A stretch of 64,000 nt of DNA, from contig JBCBZJ010000007.1 of assembly GCA_039815375.1 (NCBI GenBank), positions 52,233-116,232 of the forward strand, in the 5' to 3' direction. The notes under the pieces are model-generated. The model worked only from the letters and a program-made list of their open reading frames with translations, was not told the DNA's origin and ran no database searches. Position 1 is the first letter of the stretch. Each line of letters begins with the position of its first letter. Source of the DNA: Verrucomicrobiota bacterium (GTDB lineage: Bacteria > Verrucomicrobiota > Verrucomicrobiia > Opitutales > Coraliomargaritaceae). The position numbers were made by a program, and so were the translations under genes. Positions 1-9,129 of the stretch are shown one piece after another.

Positions 1-1
1 T

Positions 2-442
2 AAAGCACATGCGGGCGAGCTGGGAGGTGCATGGCATGTCACCGAGGCGGTCGAAAAGCTTGGCGTGCGTCGTATCGAGCATGGGTTTCGAGCCATTGAA
101 GACGATGCCGTCGTCGATTTACTACGTGCTGAGAATGTCCTCCTCGATGTCTGTCCAATTAGCAATTACAAGCTTCAGACGGTGAACTCGTATCAGGACC
201 ATCCGATGATTCAGTTGCTTGAAAGAGGTATTTCAATGACCATCAATACCGACGACCCTTTCATTTTTGGGAATACGATCACCGACGAATTCGATGTGCT
301 TGCAAGAGAAACTTCGCTTTCAAAAAAGACACTTTTGCAACTGGCCCGCAATGGTTTCGAATATGCCCTTCTTTCAGATGAAGAGCGATGCGTTTTACTA
401 GCTGAATTTGATGAGACGGTAGAGGGGGTGGCCTTATCTTGA
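2..442 (+). CDS. Adenosine/adenine deaminase family protein, 3' part (gene starts before the window)
   Basis: Frame open from base 2: KAHAGE...RIEHG...CPISN...NTDDP, the metal-binding and catalytic motifs of the adenosine deaminase family. Confidence 0.85.
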   Translation, partial: KAHAGELGGAWHVTEAVEKLGVRRIEHGFRAIEDDAVVDLLRAENVLLDVCPISNYKLQTVNSYQDHPMIQLLERGISMTINTDDPFIFGNTITDEFDVLARETSLSKKTLLQLARNGFEYALLSDEERCVLLAEFDETVEGVALS

Positions 443-445
443 GCC

Positions 446-1813
446 ATGGCTGAAACCATCGAAGTTGAAGCTGTTGCACCGGGAGAAGCGGCTAAGCCAG
501 CCTCCAAAATTCCTTTTTTTGCTCCAGAGGGATCGCTCGACGGCTCTTCCGACGAGGCTTTTCGTCAAAATCCAACGCATGTCTTCGTCGAGGGCTATCG
601 ACGCTTCGGTCCTATATTCAAAGTCCGTCTGTTCGGAACGGAACAGATTGCAATGGGTGGTCTTGATGCGAACGAGTTCACCTGGAAGAATCACGAATTG
701 TGGGATTACTTTCGCACGAACCGGCACTTCAGAGAACAATTTAGCGACCGGTATCTAAACCAACTCGAAGGAAAGCCTTACTCGTCAAAACGCCGCCGGA
801 TCGGTCAGGCGTTCCGCCCCAGCATGTTGATGTCACACACGGATCAAATGAGTAAAGCGGTCTTTCGGGAAATTGATCGTCTGCCGGATGGCGTAACGAA
901 CCTTAGAGTTTTTTGCATGCGGGTTATGATCGCGATGATATCGCGGGTTTTGATCCAGAAAGACCTGCCCGATGGCATGGACGAGACCATGGCAATCAGC
1001 AATAAGGAGATGCTGAAGTCGGCTAGTCTGGGCTGGAAACGCTGGCTCTGGTATTACTACCCGCCGAAGCGGTTACGTCGTCGAAAGGTCTTTCGGTTTC
1101 TCGGGTCCGTCCTTGATGAGAGAGAACGCAAAGTTGGACCCGGCAAGGAGGATATGCTCGCGGCCGTCTTGATGGGAAGCCAACCAAACGACCCGGAAAT
1201 CCCGCGTTACGAGAAGATTCATGACCTTTCGCAGCTGTTCATGGCTGGGTCCACTACTTCGTCGATGATCGTTGCCTGGGCACTGCTTCATTGCTACAAG
1301 GATAGGGAATGGTTGAAGGAACTCAGAACGGAGCTGGAAGCCTGGGATCCATTTGGGTTCGAATCGATCGATCCGTTTCCCAGGCTTAGGGCAACTTGTC
1401 TCGAGATTGAGCGTTTACGGCCGGGTGTGCCGGTTTTCAACCGGATCACAGCGAAGTCCTTTACCTACGGTGGTTATGAAATCCCGCAGGGAGTCGATGT
1501 GCTTCACCTCCATACGCTAACTCACTTTCTTGAGGAGATCTACCAGGACCCCGATCACTTCAAGCCATCCAGATTCGTTGAAAACCCGGATTTACCGCCG
1601 AAGCATGCGCACGGAACCTTCGGGGGAGGCAAACATCGCTGTATCGGCAGCCCACTCGCACGAATCCAACCGCCTCTTTTTGTGGCTAATGTGATCTCTC
1701 GCTACGATTTGGAGTTTATGACCGAACCAAGCATGGGCGCGAAATACGATGCAGCGGTCGCTCCGGCGGAAGAACCTCTGCTTGTACGTTTTCATCGGCG
1801 GGAATCAACTTAG
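446..1813 (+). CDS. Cytochrome P450
   Basis: Heme-thiolate motif FGGGKHRCIG, ExxR (EIERLRP), PERF-like PSRF, I-helix AGSTT; starts 3 nt after the deaminase stop. Confidence 0.93.
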   Translation: MAETIEVEAVAPGEAAKPASKIPFFAPEGSLDGSSDEAFRQNPTHVFVEGYRRFGPIFKVRLFGTEQIAMGGLDANEFTWKNHELWDYFRTNRHFREQFSDRYLNQLEGKPYSSKRRRIGQAFRPSMLMSHTDQMSKAVFREIDRLPDGVTNLRVFCMRVMIAMISRVLIQKDLPDGMDETMAISNKEMLKSASLGWKRWLWYYYPPKRLRRRKVFRFLGSVLDERERKVGPGKEDMLAAVLMGSQPNDPEIPRYEKIHDLSQLFMAGSTTSSMIVAWALLHCYKDREWLKELRTELEAWDPFGFESIDPFPRLRATCLEIERLRPGVPVFNRITAKSFTYGGYEIPQGVDVLHLHTLTHFLEEIYQDPDHFKPSRFVENPDLPPKHAHGTFGGGKHRCIGSPLARIQPPLFVANVISRYDLEFMTEPSMGAKYDAAVAPAEEPLLVRFHRREST

Positions 1814-1945
1814 GAGCATGGTGTGATCCACGAAGATTCGGACAGCAGATCCCTTGCGCGGTAAAAAAGCATAAAGCAATCCTATCGAATCGGGGGTTGC
1901 AGAGAAAGCCGGTGGCTATTTCTTGGTCGTTTTTAACAAAACATC

Positions 1946-2239
1946 ATGTCCACAAAACCACACATCGATATCGACTACGTCGCAAATCTTGCACGCATCG
2001 AACTTTCAGACGACGAAAAAGCCAAGCTCGGTGGTCAACTCGACGACATCCTCGGTTATTTCGAGAAGCTTAACGCGGTTGATGTCGACGGCGTTGAGCC
2101 CATGGCCCACGCCCAAGCCGTCTACAACGTCTGGCGCGAAGGCGATGAAGCAGGGGAGACCTACGCCCCAGAAGTGCTCAAGAAGATGGCCCCTGAATTT
2201 CGCGACGGTCAGGTCGTCGTCCCAAAAGTTGTCGAATAG
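1946..2239 (+). CDS. gatC: Asp/Glu-tRNA amidotransferase subunit C
   Basis: IDYVANLARIEL...VVVPKVVE pattern; directly precedes gatA. Confidence 0.95.
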   Translation: MSTKPHIDIDYVANLARIELSDDEKAKLGGQLDDILGYFEKLNAVDVDGVEPMAHAQAVYNVWREGDEAGETYAPEVLKKMAPEFRDGQVVVPKVVE

Positions 2240-2254
2240 CCCAAATCTATAAAT

Positions 2255-2340
2255 CGCAGAGAGCACAGAGGACGCAGAGAGTCCATAGAGCTCATGCATA
2301 CAAAACTTTCTCATACTCCGCGCTTCCCGCGAACTCAGCG
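2255..2340. repeat. Degenerate inverted repeat built of 9-nt units in the gatC-gatA spacer
   Basis: Left arm cgcagagag/cacagagga/cgcagagag (2255-2281); right arm ctccgcgct/tcccgcgaa/ctcagcg (2316-2340) is an imperfect reverse complement with the same 9-nt period. Confidence 0.65.
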
Positions 2341-2346
2341 TCGAAA

Positions 2347-3813
2347 ATGTCTGAATTACATTTCAAAACTATCACCGAACTCTCTGCTTCGCTCGAAGCG
2401 GGTGAGCAGACTTCGGTAGAACTCACCCAAGCCATTATCGACCGCACCGCCTCGGTTGATGGCAAGGTAAAAGCCTTCATCTCGTACGATGCGGAGGACG
2501 CGCTTGCTCAAGCAAAGACCTCCGATGAGCGTCGTGCAGCAGGCAAGGCGCTCGGCCCGCTCGACGGTATCCCTATTGGTATCAAGGATGTGCTTACCGT
2601 GAAGGACCAGCCCGTCCGCTGCGCATCGAAGATGCTGGAGAACTATATTTCTCCGTTCGATGCGACTTGTATCGCTAAGCTCCGTGAAGCAGGTGCCATC
2701 ATTTGGGGGCGTCTCAATATGGACGAGTTTGCCATGGGATCCTCGACGGAAAACTCAGCTTACCAAACCACAGCGAATCCCTGGGACCTTGAAACCATCC
2801 CCGGCGGTTCTTCCGGCGGTAGTGCAGCGGCGCTTGCGGCAGGTGAAGCGATCGCCACTCTCGGCACAGATACCGGTGGTTCCATTCGTCAACCGGCTGC
2901 GCTTTGCGGTGTTGTTGGCATGAAACCGACCTATGGTCTGGTTTCCCGTTATGGCCTAGTGGCTTTTGCATCGTCCTTGGATCAGGTCGGTCCCTTTGCA
3001 CGAACAGTTGAAGACGCTGCCATCCTAATGGAGGCCATGCTCGGCAAGGACGACCTCGATTCGACTTCCATCGAACCGCAGGGGGAGACGAACTACGCGG
3101 CCGCCCTTAAGGAAAAGAAGGGCCCGTGGAAGCTCGGCGTGCCGCAGGAGTTCTTTGGCGAAGGTATCGACCCGGAAGTGAAGGCCAGTATCGAGAAGGC
3201 CATTGACTGGTATAAGTCCCAGGGCTGTGAAATCGTGGATATTTCGCTCCCACACTCCGATCTGGCCGTGCCGGTTTACTATATTGTCGCGACGGCGGAG
3301 GCGTCCTCCAATCTTGCACGTTTCGATGGCGTGCGCTACAGCCACCGCAGTAAGGACGTCAACGATGCGCTCACGCTATTCACCAAGAGTCGGGGCGAGG
3401 GCTTTGGGGACGAAGTAAAGCGCCGCATCATACTAGGCACCTACGTGCTTAGCTCCGGTTACTACGACGCCTACTACCTGCGCGCGCAAAAGGTTCGTCG
3501 TCTCATCCTTGGCGATTTCGAAAAAGCTTTCGATCAGGTCGACGCGATTCTGACGCCGACTTCACCTACACCGGCCTTCAAGCGAGGCGAGCGCAGCGAT
3601 GATCCACTCGCGATGTATCTCAGCGACATCTATACGATCTCGGTTAATCTCGCTGGTCTTCCCGCTATTTCCGTTCCGAGTGGTTTCACGGAAAGTGGAT
3701 TACCCATTGGTCTGCAAGTCATTGGCAAAGCCTTCGGCGAAGCTGACATGTTCGCCGTAGCGCATGCCTTCGAGCAAGCGCACGACTACCATAGGCAAAC
3801 TCCAAATCTTTAA
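2347..3813 (+). CDS. gatA: Asp/Glu-tRNA amidotransferase subunit A
   Basis: Amidase signature GGSSGGSAAA, DTGGSIRQPA, EVKRRIILGTYVLSSGYYDAYY. Confidence 0.98.
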   Translation: MSELHFKTITELSASLEAGEQTSVELTQAIIDRTASVDGKVKAFISYDAEDALAQAKTSDERRAAGKALGPLDGIPIGIKDVLTVKDQPVRCASKMLENYISPFDATCIAKLREAGAIIWGRLNMDEFAMGSSTENSAYQTTANPWDLETIPGGSSGGSAAALAAGEAIATLGTDTGGSIRQPAALCGVVGMKPTYGLVSRYGLVAFASSLDQVGPFARTVEDAAILMEAMLGKDDLDSTSIEPQGETNYAAALKEKKGPWKLGVPQEFFGEGIDPEVKASIEKAIDWYKSQGCEIVDISLPHSDLAVPVYYIVATAEASSNLARFDGVRYSHRSKDVNDALTLFTKSRGEGFGDEVKRRIILGTYVLSSGYYDAYYLRAQKVRRLILGDFEKAFDQVDAILTPTSPTPAFKRGERSDDPLAMYLSDIYTISVNLAGLPAISVPSGFTESGLPIGLQVIGKAFGEADMFAVAHAFEQAHDYHRQTPNL

Positions 3814-3825
3814 TCATTTTGATCG

Positions 3826-3886
3826 CTCACAAATTTCACGAATTTTCACAAATTCTGGATTAGTTGGAATGCTTGTAATTCGTGGG
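3826..3886. repeat. Degenerate inverted repeat built of cacRaattt units in the gatA-gatB spacer
   Basis: Left arm cacaaattt/cacgaatttt/cacaaatt (3828-3854); right arm attagttgga/atgcttgta/attcgtgg (3859-3885) is partly complementary. Confidence 0.55.
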
Positions 3887-3913
3887 TAAACACTCTCAAA
3901 ACTAGATTCCATT

Positions 3914-5380
3914 ATGGACTACGACGTTGTCATCGGACTTGAAATTCACGTGCAGATTAAGACCCGCACGAAAATGTTTACAGCCGCGCCTTACAGTTAT
4001 GGTGCTGAGCCAAATACCCTGATTGATCCGGTTGTGCTGGGTCTTCCCGGAACGCTCCCTGTGCTTAATCACGAAGCGATCGAGAAGTGCACGTCTCTTG
4101 GCCTGATGCTCGGCTGTGAGATCGCGGAGGTCTGCAAGTGGGACCGTAAGAACTACTTCTACCCGGACTCTCCCAAGAACTATCAGCTTACACAAAACGA
4201 ACAACCACTCTGCATCGGTGGCGAGATCGAGATTGAGCTGGCCGATGCAGCGCGAAATGCAGCAGGTGAGCATCGCTGGGTGAAGCTCAATCGAATCCAT
4301 CTTGAAGAGGACCCTGGCAAGCTCACACACGAATCCTTTGATACACTGATCGATTTCAACCGTGCCGGTGTGCCGCTTGCGGAAATCGTAACCGAGCCGG
4401 ACATGAGCTCATCTGCTGAGGCCGTCGCCTTCCTCAACGCACTGCGCAACCTCATCATCTACGCAGGCATCTCCGACTGCGACATGGAGAAGGGTCAACT
4501 TCGCTGCGATGCCAACGTTTCGCTCAAGCCGAAAGGCAGTGAAACACTCGGCACCCGCACCGAGATGAAAAACCTTAACTCCATCTCCAACGTCAAAGCT
4601 GCAATCGAATATGAAATCGAGCGCCAGGCCGACATCCTCGACGAGGGTGGGGAGGTGACACAGGAAACCCGCAGATGGGATGTCGATCAGGGCTGCAGCT
4701 TCTCGCTCCGCAGCAAGGAAGAAGCCCACGACTACCGCTACTTTCCCGACCCCGACCTAATGCCGGTGCAGATGGACCGCACCCGCGTCGACGAGCTCAA
4801 GTCTACCTTGCCTGAGCGCCCCTTCGATAAGCAGCGCCGCTTCGAGGCCGACTTTGGTCTGCCCTACACGGTGACCACCGTGCTGTGCCCGAACCGCGAG
4901 CTCAGCGAATTCTTTGAAGCAGCACTGGAAACACACAATGCACCGAAGCTCATTGCAAACTACGTGGCCAACGACCTGCTGCGTGAGCTGGCTGATGCTG
5001 CGGCACACGGTGAACAAGACCTCGACGTGAGCGAGTCCAAGCTAACGCCGGCCCACATCGGTACCCTCGCCAAGATCATTGAGGACGGCACTATTTCCAA
5101 ACAGATCGCGAAAGAAGTCTTCACCGATATGTTTGCGACCGGTGAGATGCCCGACGCCATTGTCGAGAAGAAGGGCCTGAAGCAGAGCAACGACTCGGAA
5201 GAGATCGAAGCCCTCTGCCGTGATGCCATTGCAGGCAACCCGAAGGCCGTGGGCCAATACAAGGACGGCAACGAAAAGGCGATCAACGCCCTCAAAGGGC
5301 CAGTCATGAAGGCGACCAAAGGTAAAGCGAATCCCGCGATGCTCGATCAGCTGCTCAAGAAGCTGATTGATGAGGGGTAA
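3914..5380 (+). CDS. gatB: Asp/Glu-tRNA amidotransferase subunit B
   Basis: IGLEIHVQ, DRKNYFYPD, RIHLEED, LRCDANVS, KEEAHDYRYFPDPDL, C-terminal Yqey-like domain. Confidence 0.98.
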   Translation: MDYDVVIGLEIHVQIKTRTKMFTAAPYSYGAEPNTLIDPVVLGLPGTLPVLNHEAIEKCTSLGLMLGCEIAEVCKWDRKNYFYPDSPKNYQLTQNEQPLCIGGEIEIELADAARNAAGEHRWVKLNRIHLEEDPGKLTHESFDTLIDFNRAGVPLAEIVTEPDMSSSAEAVAFLNALRNLIIYAGISDCDMEKGQLRCDANVSLKPKGSETLGTRTEMKNLNSISNVKAAIEYEIERQADILDEGGEVTQETRRWDVDQGCSFSLRSKEEAHDYRYFPDPDLMPVQMDRTRVDELKSTLPERPFDKQRRFEADFGLPYTVTTVLCPNRELSEFFEAALETHNAPKLIANYVANDLLRELADAAAHGEQDLDVSESKLTPAHIGTLAKIIEDGTISKQIAKEVFTDMFATGEMPDAIVEKKGLKQSNDSEEIEALCRDAIAGNPKAVGQYKDGNEKAINALKGPVMKATKGKANPAMLDQLLKKLIDEG

Positions 5381-5861
5381 TTTACTTCAAGGTAATGGCC
5401 GGGTGCCTAAAAGCGCCGTGGGCTTTTTACGGATGTGGAGCTGAAAGAACCCAGAGGACAGACAACCCGTCTGATGAGTTAGAAGTCCAGTTGATTTTTA
5501 GAGTTTTGCGGACGGGTTATGGTGTTGTCCTGCTACGACTGGTTCAGGATTTAATCGTGCAGGTGGTCCAGGATTCGACAAGTCTCTCATGCTGTTCCTT
5601 TCAGCATAGCTGGAGACCTCTTATACTCGCTCATAAACGCTTATGTTTCTTCCTTTAACTTTGTTATTTTAAGGCGCCTAAGGAGCCCGCAGGAAACGCA
5701 AAGGCCCCATCAGATTCCTTGTATGCTTTAGACAGAATTGGATTGGCGCATAATTCCGAACAAATTTTGCCCTTCAGCAGTGTTTAATTTTCACTGTGCC
5801 ATATTATTCTCTTGAGCTGGACCAGTATAAGGCTAACGCTTAATAGAAATTTTTTACGATT

Positions 5862-6839
5862 ATGGAATACTTCATTGCCTGGTGGAATCTTGAAAATTTG
5901 TTTGATCTGGAAACGTCAACCGAACGACCGGAATGGTTGCGAAAAAAGTTGGCCTCTGAACTGAAAGGCTGGAACGACACTGTGCTGAATAAGAAGCTCA
6001 ATCAATTGGGCAGCATCATCACTCAGATGAATGATGGCGCAGGTCCAGATGTGCTTGGTGTTTGTGAAGTTGAGAATCGAGCCGTGTTGGTAAAGTTGGT
6101 TGCAGTCCTGAAGACGAAACTGCCACAACGTGACTACGGTATCGTGCACGCAGATAATAAGGATGCACGTGGTATTGATGTCGCATTCATCTATGATAAG
6201 CAGCTGTTTTATGCGCCAACTGCAAAGGATGTCTTCAACCATGTTGTGCTGAAGCGAAATGCGACCCGTGATATCGTGCAGGTGAATTTCAAAACGAAAA
6301 CCGAAACAAAAGAAGACCTGGTGCTGATCGGTAACCACTGGCCGAGCAAGCTGGGTGGTGATCTGGAGTCTGAGCCCTACCGAATTTTGGCAGCAGAAAC
6401 GCTTAGTTACTGGATAGAACGAATTCTGGAGAAGTATGCGTATGATGTGCCCATTATCGTGATGGGAGACTTCAATGATGAGCCGTTTAATCGTTCGGTT
6501 ACCAGCTATGCTCTGGGTCTGAAAGATTCCAAGCGAGTTAAATCAAAGCGTTCCAGGAAGCCGTATTTGTATAACCTTATGTGGGATGTACAGACTGATG
6601 GTAACGGCACTCACTTTTACGACAGTTGGGGTATTTTGGATCAGATCCTGATTAATCGCCCTTTGCTTCGAAGTGAGAGTCCTTTGCGTCTCGTTGCTGA
6701 TTCCTGCGAGATCTTCAAGCCGAGTGAATTACTTAAATACGGAAAGCCGCGGCGGTTTGGCCGTCCTTCCAAGAAGAGCTCTCACGATACAAGTGGTTAT
6801 AGTGATCACTTGCCGGTAACTGTGCGCATACGTAGCTAG
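5862..6839 (+). CDS. Endonuclease/exonuclease/phosphatase (EEP, DNase I fold) family protein
   Basis: WWNLENLFD, GVCEVEN, GNHWPS, MGDFND, LDQILI, SDHLPV motifs; no signal peptide visible. Confidence 0.88.
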   Translation: MEYFIAWWNLENLFDLETSTERPEWLRKKLASELKGWNDTVLNKKLNQLGSIITQMNDGAGPDVLGVCEVENRAVLVKLVAVLKTKLPQRDYGIVHADNKDARGIDVAFIYDKQLFYAPTAKDVFNHVVLKRNATRDIVQVNFKTKTETKEDLVLIGNHWPSKLGGDLESEPYRILAAETLSYWIERILEKYAYDVPIIVMGDFNDEPFNRSVTSYALGLKDSKRVKSKRSRKPYLYNLMWDVQTDGNGTHFYDSWGILDQILINRPLLRSESPLRLVADSCEIFKPSELLKYGKPRRFGRPSKKSSHDTSGYSDHLPVTVRIRS

Positions 6840-6958
6840 CAGGTGCCTCATTCTAAAGAATTTCTTTCGGATGTGGCTATTGACCGGTAGCACGAGCAGC
6901 TGAATGGAACTTAGTATAAGATTTCGACGGTGCAGCGAGGTATAGAGAATACGCTGTC

Positions 6959-7918
6959 TCACCTTGTCTCAGCGGAAAGCACCTTGAACGCACCCCCGGC
7001 TCCGGAGGCTGCGGCGAGAAATCTAAAGGCTTCATCGGACTTCTGATGTGCCTCGAAGTCATTGAGCTGTGATTTGAGGAAGTCGGCTTGGTTAGTGACT
7101 TCTTGGATATTTAATCCGAGCTGTTGGCACCAACGTATCAGGTCAGTGAAATTGACGTCGCAAGTGATGTCGCGTGCACCTGGTTCATCGTAGACGTCGA
7201 TACCTTCGTAACGTTGCTGTCCAGCATAGGCACGACATTCACGGGCTGGGCGTTCGGCTCCATAGTCTATAAAGAGGAGGGCACCTTGCTTAAATGCAGG
7301 AATATTGCCCTTCATCCAGCTATGGAAAGAAGGGTGCACATAGATCGTCTCGCCCTCCTTGGGATGTGCGGGTGCATCAGCATCAATACTGCGTTCGAGT
7401 GGTGCGAGGATTTCCCGTGGCAATCCATTTTCATAGTGCACACCGACTTCCCGCCAGTCATTCTCTATCCAGCGCAGCTTTACTGCAGGAAACGCGTCAA
7501 TGAATTCATTGGCGACAATGAGCCCAAAGCCCTTCGTTTCTTCCAATGCGCTCTGTAGGTCTGTATAATGTTGAAAGTTTCTACCTTCGAGTTGTTCGGA
7601 TTGTATTCTGCGTAGTGGTTCGGACTTCTCGACAAGATGTAACGGCCAATCCGGAAGTTGCAGGGAGAGCTCTTTAGCCAAAGCGCCGTTGCCAGGACCG
7701 AGTTCGATCAAGGGGCAGCAAATTGGTAACCCGAGCCGTTTGGCGTGTGCTTTTGCCCAATTTGAAATAGCCTGAGCAAAGGCCGGGCTAAGTGTAGCAC
7801 TGGTGGAGAAGTCTCCTGATTTGCCTACGGAAGCACGAGTTGTGTAGTAGCCTTCTTCGGGATCGTAAAGCGCCCGTTGCATAAAGGTTTCGTGAGAGAC
7901 TGGTTCAGGGAATTCCAC
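6959..7918 (-). CDS. SAM-dependent methyltransferase, MidA/NDUFAF7 (DUF185) family
   Basis: FMQRALYDPEEGYY, GDFSTS, IELGPGNG, ANEFIDAFP, IDYG, DITCDVNF. Confidence 0.9.
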   Translation of the reverse strand: MEFPEPVSHETFMQRALYDPEEGYYTTRASVGKSGDFSTSATLSPAFAQAISNWAKAHAKRLGLPICCPLIELGPGNGALAKELSLQLPDWPLHLVEKSEPLRRIQSEQLEGRNFQHYTDLQSALEETKGFGLIVANEFIDAFPAVKLRWIENDWREVGVHYENGLPREILAPLERSIDADAPAHPKEGETIYVHPSFHSWMKGNIPAFKQGALLFIDYGAERPARECRAYAGQQRYEGIDVYDEPGARDITCDVNFTDLIRWCQQLGLNIQEVTNQADFLKSQLNDFEAHQKSDEAFRFLAAASGAGGAFKVLSAETR

Positions 7919-8151
7919 TTGGTAATTAAGTGCAGGATTAAACTGGCCCGATGCAATGATTTAACCGGAGTCATGGAAACGGACTTTGCGAATATCCTAC
8001 TCGGCCACCTGTGAAGTTGGTGGTTCACCCGGCCTTCATTTGCCGACACTTTATCCTATCGCATAGTCGGTTTAAACATAGAGTAGGGTGTCAGGAACAC
8101 GAAGAAATGGATTGTGAGGCTTCGTATTCTTTGTGCACTTTATCGTGAACA

Positions 8152-9123
8152 ATGGATATGGACTCTTTTATTTGCTCGGCGATGAGTGCGAAGGCTCTGG
8201 GAGCCTCTTCAAAGGTGCAGTCGCTTTGGAGCGGATACGGTTCAATCGTTCGCTACAAGCTGGCCGGTGCCGAGAGTAAGAGCGTCATTGTGAAGCATGT
8301 CTCTCCACCAAATATGACTAACCATCCGAGAGGGTGGAACACAGATCTCTCGCACCAGCGAAAACTTCGCTCCTATCAAGTCGAAACGAAGTGGTATCAA
8401 AACTTCTCCGACCGCTGTAGTAATCATTGCCGTGTTGCCAAGTGCTTTGCTGTTGAGCGTTCCGGAAATGAAGTTGTTTTGATTTTGGAAGACCTCGACG
8501 CCGTCGGCTACCCAGCGCGCCGAACTCGAGTGAGCGATGTAGAACTAAAAGCCTGCCTCGATTGGCTGGCTCACTTTCACGCCTGTTTTTTGCAGGTTAA
8601 TCCTGACGGTCTCTGGCCGACAGGTACTTATTGGCATCTGGAAACACGGCCGGATGAGCTCGAAGTGTTGCGAGGCGAAGATCCGGAACTGGCAGCTGCA
8701 GCCAGTGAACTTGATAGGCTTTTGAGCACAGCAAGGTTTCAAACTCTTGTTCATGGCGATGCAAAGTTGGCCAATTTCTGTTTCTCATCTGATGGAGCTG
8801 CAGTGGCCGCGGTTGACTTTCAATATGTGGGCGGTGGCTGTGGGATGAAGGACCTCGCTTATTTCATCGGAAGCTGTCTCGACGAAGAGCAATGCGGTCA
8901 GCGCGAAAGCGAACTGCTGGATTACTATTTCGGAACGCTCCGCTCTGTGCTTCGGCCCAAAAGCCACAAGGTCGATGTCGTTGCCGTCGAGCAAGAATGG
9001 CGATTGCTTTATCCGGTTGCATGGACCGACTTCCACCGATTTCTGAAAGGCTGGAGTCCCGGGCACTGGAAGATCAACTCTTACAGTGAGAAGCTGGCTC
9101 ATGAGGTGCTCTCTAAACTTTAA
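8152..9123 (+). CDS. Small-molecule kinase, APH/choline-kinase/EcKL-like phosphotransferase
   Basis: QSLWSGYG nucleotide loop, VIVK lysine, HGDAKLAN catalytic loop, DFQ metal motif. Confidence 0.85.
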   Translation: MDMDSFICSAMSAKALGASSKVQSLWSGYGSIVRYKLAGAESKSVIVKHVSPPNMTNHPRGWNTDLSHQRKLRSYQVETKWYQNFSDRCSNHCRVAKCFAVERSGNEVVLILEDLDAVGYPARRTRVSDVELKACLDWLAHFHACFLQVNPDGLWPTGTYWHLETRPDELEVLRGEDPELAAAASELDRLLSTARFQTLVHGDAKLANFCFSSDGAAVAAVDFQYVGGGCGMKDLAYFIGSCLDEEQCGQRESELLDYYFGTLRSVLRPKSHKVDVVAVEQEWRLLYPVAWTDFHRFLKGWSPGHWKINSYSEKLAHEVLSKL

Positions 9124-9129
9124 TACCCT

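Noticed and set aside
5395..5658. 87-aa ORF, and a 30-aa minus-strand ORF starting at 5590, in the gatB-EEP spacer
   Set aside because: No motif, RBS or family resemblance; I could not reconstruct a pseudogene in any frame.
6729..6962. 77-aa ORF overlapping the methyltransferase stop
   Set aside because: It runs antisense into the EEP gene and has no recognisable features.
7942..8000. actggcccgatg (SAM-I-like) and tgatttaaccg...ttgcg (SAM-II-like) fragments near the methyltransferase
   Set aside because: The remaining conserved elements and the P1 pairing are missing, and the orientation points to the kinase rather than a SAM-related gene.
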